Positions 60,930-64,000 of a stretch of 64,000 nt of DNA are shown piece by piece. Each line of letters begins with the position of its first letter. The stretch's first letter is position 1. The translations under genes were made by a program, and so were the position numbers. Below the pieces are notes generated by a model that worked only from the letters and a program-made list of their open reading frames with translations, did not search any database and had not been told where the DNA came from. The DNA is taken from the NCBI GenBank assembly GCA_963712025.1, contig CAVQGJ010000010.1, forward strand, positions 262,886-326,885. Reading direction: 5' to 3'. The stretch comes from an uncultured Verrucomicrobiae bacterium (GTDB taxonomy: Bacteria; Verrucomicrobiota; Verrucomicrobiia; Palsa-1439).

Positions 60930-61432
60930 ATGATTGTTCACGACATACTATTCTGGTTTTTCAGCATCGCAATGCTGGTATGCGGGCTGTTGGTGATCGG
61001 CAGTTCGCAATCCCGTCGCCAGCGCGTTGTTTCTGGTGATGCTGTTTGTGTTCCTGGCCGGCCTGTTTGTCCTGCTCGGAGCGTTCTTCATCGCGGCGAT
61101 CCAGGTGCTGGTATATGCGGGCGCGATCATGGTGTTGTTCCTCTTTGTCATCATGCTGCTGGATATCAAGGCCAGCGAGCGCCGCAAGTTCCGGGCGCTC
61201 GGCGTCGTTGGCGGAATCGCGGTGGCCGCGATGTTCGTGTGGGAACTGGAAATCATCCTCTCCCGGCCGCTGACCGCCCGTGGCCGCCGGCGGCGCCGAA
61301 CTGAGCGGCGGTCTGGAGCAGGTCGTCAAACCGCTGTTTGCCAACTACATGTTGCCCTTCGAGGTGACGGCGTTGTTGCTGTTGGTGGCGATGATCGGCG
61401 TGGTTTTGCTTTCCAAGAAGGAACTCAAATGA
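60930..61432 (+). CDS. nuoJ: NADH-quinone oxidoreductase subunit J; two frameshifts (near 61002-61008 and at 61276-61280)
   Basis: MIVHDILFWFFSIAMLVCGLLVIGS, then +1: RNPVASALFLVMLFVFLAGLFVLLGAFFIAAIQVLVYAGAIMVLFLFVIMLL...ILSRPLTA, then +1: VAAGGAELSGGLEQVVKPLFANYMLPFEVTALLLLVAMIGVVLLSKKELK, with a TGA overlapping the nuoK ATG. Confidence 0.85.
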
Positions 61433-61740
61433 CCGGCGGGATCACCCTCAACGATTATCTGCTCGTCAGCGGGTTGCTGTTCGCGCTCGGGATCGCCGGC
61501 GTGATCATCCGTCGCAACGCGCTGGTCATCTACATGGCGCTGGAGATGAACCTCAATGCCGCGAATCTCGCGCTCGTCGCCTTTTCCAAATTCAACAAGC
61601 TGGTCGAGGGCCAGATTCTGGTGTTCTTCATCATCGCCATCGCGGCGGCGGAGGTCGCGGTTGGCTTGGCCATCATCGTGGCGTTGTACCGCCGAAAACA
61701 AACCATCAGCGTGGACCAACTGACAACGATGCGGCTATGA
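61429..61740 (+). CDS. nuoK: NADH-quinone oxidoreductase subunit K
   Basis: MTGGITLNDYLLVSGLLFALGIAGVIIRRNALVIYMALEMNLNAANLALVAFS...AAAEVAVGLAIIVALYR. Confidence 0.92.
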   Translation: MTGGITLNDYLLVSGLLFALGIAGVIIRRNALVIYMALEMNLNAANLALVAFSKFNKLVEGQILVFFIIAIAAAEVAVGLAIIVALYRRKQTISVDQLTTMRL

Positions 61741-63680
61741 ATCACGTGGCCTACATGTACGGCACCGACTGGGGCATGGGCCGTTTTCCCCTCTGCTCGG
61801 TGTGGATCCTTCTGTTCAGCCCGCTGGTCGCCGCCGCGCTGATTACGTTGTTCACGAAAGAGTGGAAGGGATTGAGCGCCGCTTTGTCCATCGGCGCCAT
61901 CTTGATTTCCTTCGCATTATCGCTGCGGTTGTTCCTGTTGTTTGCCCTCAAAGGTATCCAGCACCATCCGCATCCGTTCGAGTGGCTCGTCATCGGCAAT
62001 ACCGTGCGCATCGAGTTCGGGATGACGACCGATGCGCTGGCGCTGTTGATGTTGCTGGTCGTCACCGGCGTGGGGCTGGCGATTCACATCTATTCGCTCG
62101 GCTACATGAAAGGCGACCCCGGCTTCTCGCGGTTCTTCGCGTGCATGTCGTTGTTCACGTTTTCCATGCTCGGGATCGTGATTTCGAGCAACTTCATCCA
62201 GATCTTCATTTTCTGGGAACTGGTCGGCGTGAGCAGTTATCTCCTGATCGGGTTCTGGTTCGAAAAACCCAGCGCCGCCGAGGCGGGCAACAAAGCGTTT
62301 CTCACCACGCGCATCGGCGACGTCGGAATGATGCTGGGGATTCTGTTGCTCTGGTCGCACGCGCACACGTTCGAGTTCTCCGAATTGCAGGCGAAACTGC
62401 CGTCGCTCGATTTATCGATTGGCACGCTGGCGCTGATCGGCGTGTTGATCTTTACCGGCGCGATGGGCAAGAGCGCGCAGGTGCCGTTGCACGTGTGGTT
62501 GCCCGACGCGATGGAAGGCCCGACGCCCGTGAGCGCGCTGATTCATGCCGCGACGATGGTGGCGGCGGGCGTCTACATGCTCTGCCGCGTCTCGTGGCTG
62601 ATTCTGCCGAGCGAAACGGCGTTGTGGTTCATCGCCTGGATCGGCGGAATCACGGCGCTCATGGCGGCGACGATCGCCATCGCCCAGAACGACATCAAAC
62701 GCATCCTCGCCTACTCGACGCTATCGCAACTTGGCTACATGGTGATGGCCGTCGGCCTCGGCGGACCAACGCAGGCGATGTTTCATCTCACGACGCACGC
62801 CTTTTTCAAGGCGCTGTTGTTCCTCGGCGCGGGCAGCGTGATCATCGCGTTGCACCACGAACAGGACATCTGGAAAATGGGCGGGCTGTGGAAGAAGACG
62901 CCGATCACATTTTGGACGTTCCTCATCGGCACGCTGGCGTTGGCGGGTGTGCCGCCGTTGAGCGGGTTTTACAGCAAGGACGAGATCCTGCTGCTGGCGT
63001 TCGAGCGCAATTCGTTTCTCTTTATCATGGCCGTCGTGACGGCGTTTCTGACCGCCTACTACATGGGGCGGGAGGTGTTCGTGGTGTTCTTCGGCAAACC
63101 GCGCTGGGAGCATTCGGTGGCGCAAGCCTCTGTGCTTGCGGGGCATGAACGACCGCAGGCAGGGACGCCTGCGCCACAAATACACGAGTCGCCGTGGGTG
63201 ATGACGCTGCCGCTGGTGTTCCTGGCGGCGTTCTCGATCATCGCCGGTTGGTACAGCAAAGTCCCTAATTTCCTCGGACCGCCGCATGAAGCCGAGCGCC
63301 ATTCCGTGTTGCTGACGGGCGGCCTGATTCTCATGCCGTTGTTCGGGTTCCTGGTCGCGGCGAAGATCTATTGGAAGGCTGAACCCAGCGACGCGCCCGT
63401 GAAAGCTGCGCTCGGCAAGCTGTGGACGCTGGTCGAGAACAAATACTATTTCGACGAGTTGTATCAGTGGGTCATTAAGTACGTGCAGGGAACGATTGCG
63501 ACGGTGTGTGATGTGTTCGACCGCTGGATACTCCAGCGGCTCGGTATCGGCGGCCTGTCGGTCAGCACGGGCCTGCTCGGGCGCACCGTGCGCCTCCTGC
63601 AAACCGGTAGCATCTCCGGCTACGCCTTCCTCATCGGCCTTGGCGTGACGGTGATCATTTATTACGCGGCGGTGAGATGA
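61737..63680 (+). CDS. nuoL: NADH-quinone oxidoreductase subunit L
   Basis: The ATG overlaps the nuoK stop. Antiporter-like motifs WLPDAMEGPTPVSALIHAATMVAAGVY, and a long C-terminal helix region. Confidence 0.92.
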   Translation: MNHVAYMYGTDWGMGRFPLCSVWILLFSPLVAAALITLFTKEWKGLSAALSIGAILISFALSLRLFLLFALKGIQHHPHPFEWLVIGNTVRIEFGMTTDALALLMLLVVTGVGLAIHIYSLGYMKGDPGFSRFFACMSLFTFSMLGIVISSNFIQIFIFWELVGVSSYLLIGFWFEKPSAAEAGNKAFLTTRIGDVGMMLGILLLWSHAHTFEFSELQAKLPSLDLSIGTLALIGVLIFTGAMGKSAQVPLHVWLPDAMEGPTPVSALIHAATMVAAGVYMLCRVSWLILPSETALWFIAWIGGITALMAATIAIAQNDIKRILAYSTLSQLGYMVMAVGLGGPTQAMFHLTTHAFFKALLFLGAGSVIIALHHEQDIWKMGGLWKKTPITFWTFLIGTLALAGVPPLSGFYSKDEILLLAFERNSFLFIMAVVTAFLTAYYMGREVFVVFFGKPRWEHSVAQASVLAGHERPQAGTPAPQIHESPWVMTLPLVFLAAFSIIAGWYSKVPNFLGPPHEAERHSVLLTGGLILMPLFGFLVAAKIYWKAEPSDAPVKAALGKLWTLVENKYYFDELYQWVIKYVQGTIATVCDVFDRWILQRLGIGGLSVSTGLLGRTVRLLQTGSISGYAFLIGLGVTVIIYYAAVR

Positions 63681-63710
63681 AGATGAAATTAGCGAGAGAA
63701 GAGGTCAAAA

Positions 63711-63739
63711 ACTTGAGGTGCCAATTTGGCACCTCAAGT
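63711..63739. repeat. Perfect 29-bp palindrome immediately downstream of nuoL
   Basis: ACTTGAGGTGCCAA-t-TTGGCACCTCAAGT: 14-bp arms around a single central T. No U-tract follows. Confidence 0.6.
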
Positions 63740-63856
63740 GTGAGGTCGCGATTTATGAGATCAAAGCATCATCCATCGGCTCGCCTCTTCGTCTGTCATT
63801 CTGAGCGCAGCGAAGAATCTCTGTCGTTAAGGCGAGCAGAAGGGGGTCACGCGCTA

Positions 63857-64000
63857 TGAAGGCTTATAGATGTCCGCTTTGCGGAAGCAAACTGCCAAAG
63901 AATCAGTTTGAGCGCGTGATGCACATCGAGGAGGAGAAAGAAAAGGCACGGAAGCAGGAGGTGGCCAAGACGGAGAAACTACTTCGTCAGGCGCGGGATG
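63857..64000 (+). CDS. N-terminal fragment of a zinc-ribbon + coiled-coil protein (DUF2130-like); runs off the window end
   Basis: MKAYRCPLCGSKLPKNQFERVMHIEEEKEKARKQEVAKTEKLLRQARD: CPxCG zinc ribbon followed by a charged coiled-coil. The local GC is lower than nuoL. Confidence 0.4.

Noticed and set aside
63677-63859. 60-aa ORF starting in the nuoL stop region
   Set aside because: It spans the 29-bp palindrome, has no RBS and an odd composition, and is probably spurious. The ATG at 63857 with the zinc-ribbon motif is the more credible start.

Overview
This 64 kb window is a high-GC (about 60-65% by eye) bacterial chromosomal segment, dense in housekeeping genes and punctuated by small AT-richer accessory inserts. 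Taxon is not determinable from sequence alone.

Core genes, in order: the 5' part of ppdK, a tRNA-Gly(TCC), the proB-proA operon, a TauE/SafE exporter, rlmI-like rRNA methyltransferase, M32 carboxypeptidase, manA, ftsK, a rodZ-like HTH protein, rimO, moaA-moaC-mogA/moaB, mnmA, a long V-type H+-pyrophosphatase (hppA), LemA, TatD, a UDP-sugar dehydrogenase, a DHOD-like Fe-S flavoprotein, a PLP-fold enzyme, an MFS transporter, an Nramp(MntH)-Usp-outer-membrane-channel trio, a GT39/TPR membrane protein, a MidA/NDUFAF7-like methyltransferase, and then a complete nuoA-nuoL complex I operon.

Accessory or unusual content:
- A TIR-domain protein paired with an ORF6N/KilA-N protein, close to the tRNA-Gly.
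- Low-GC orphan genes at 10469-10948 and 14828-15477.
- An unexplained ~650 bp ORF-poor region with direct repeats at 15480-16160.
- A PIN-toxin islet at 38471-39450.
- A secreted cyclophilin-domain gene with an in-frame TAA stop.
- A 183-bp in-frame tandem duplication inside a glycoside-hydrolase-like gene.
- A 29-bp perfect palindrome plus a zinc-ribbon (DUF2130-like) gene inserted where nuoM would be expected after nuoL.

The sequence as given carries at least 13 single-base indels that break otherwise canonical genes: ppdK, proA, rlmI, a TPR gene, a small hypothetical gene, nuoB, nuoC, nuoD, nuoF, nuoG (two) and nuoJ (two). Ten of them fall in a CCCG/CCGG(G) run, and eight sit in the 11 kb nuo operon. 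I read this as a systematic consensus-error signature (possibly modification-associated) rather than real gene decay, but decay of a redundant complex I operon cannot be excluded. No CRISPR array, rRNA or IS transposase was seen.
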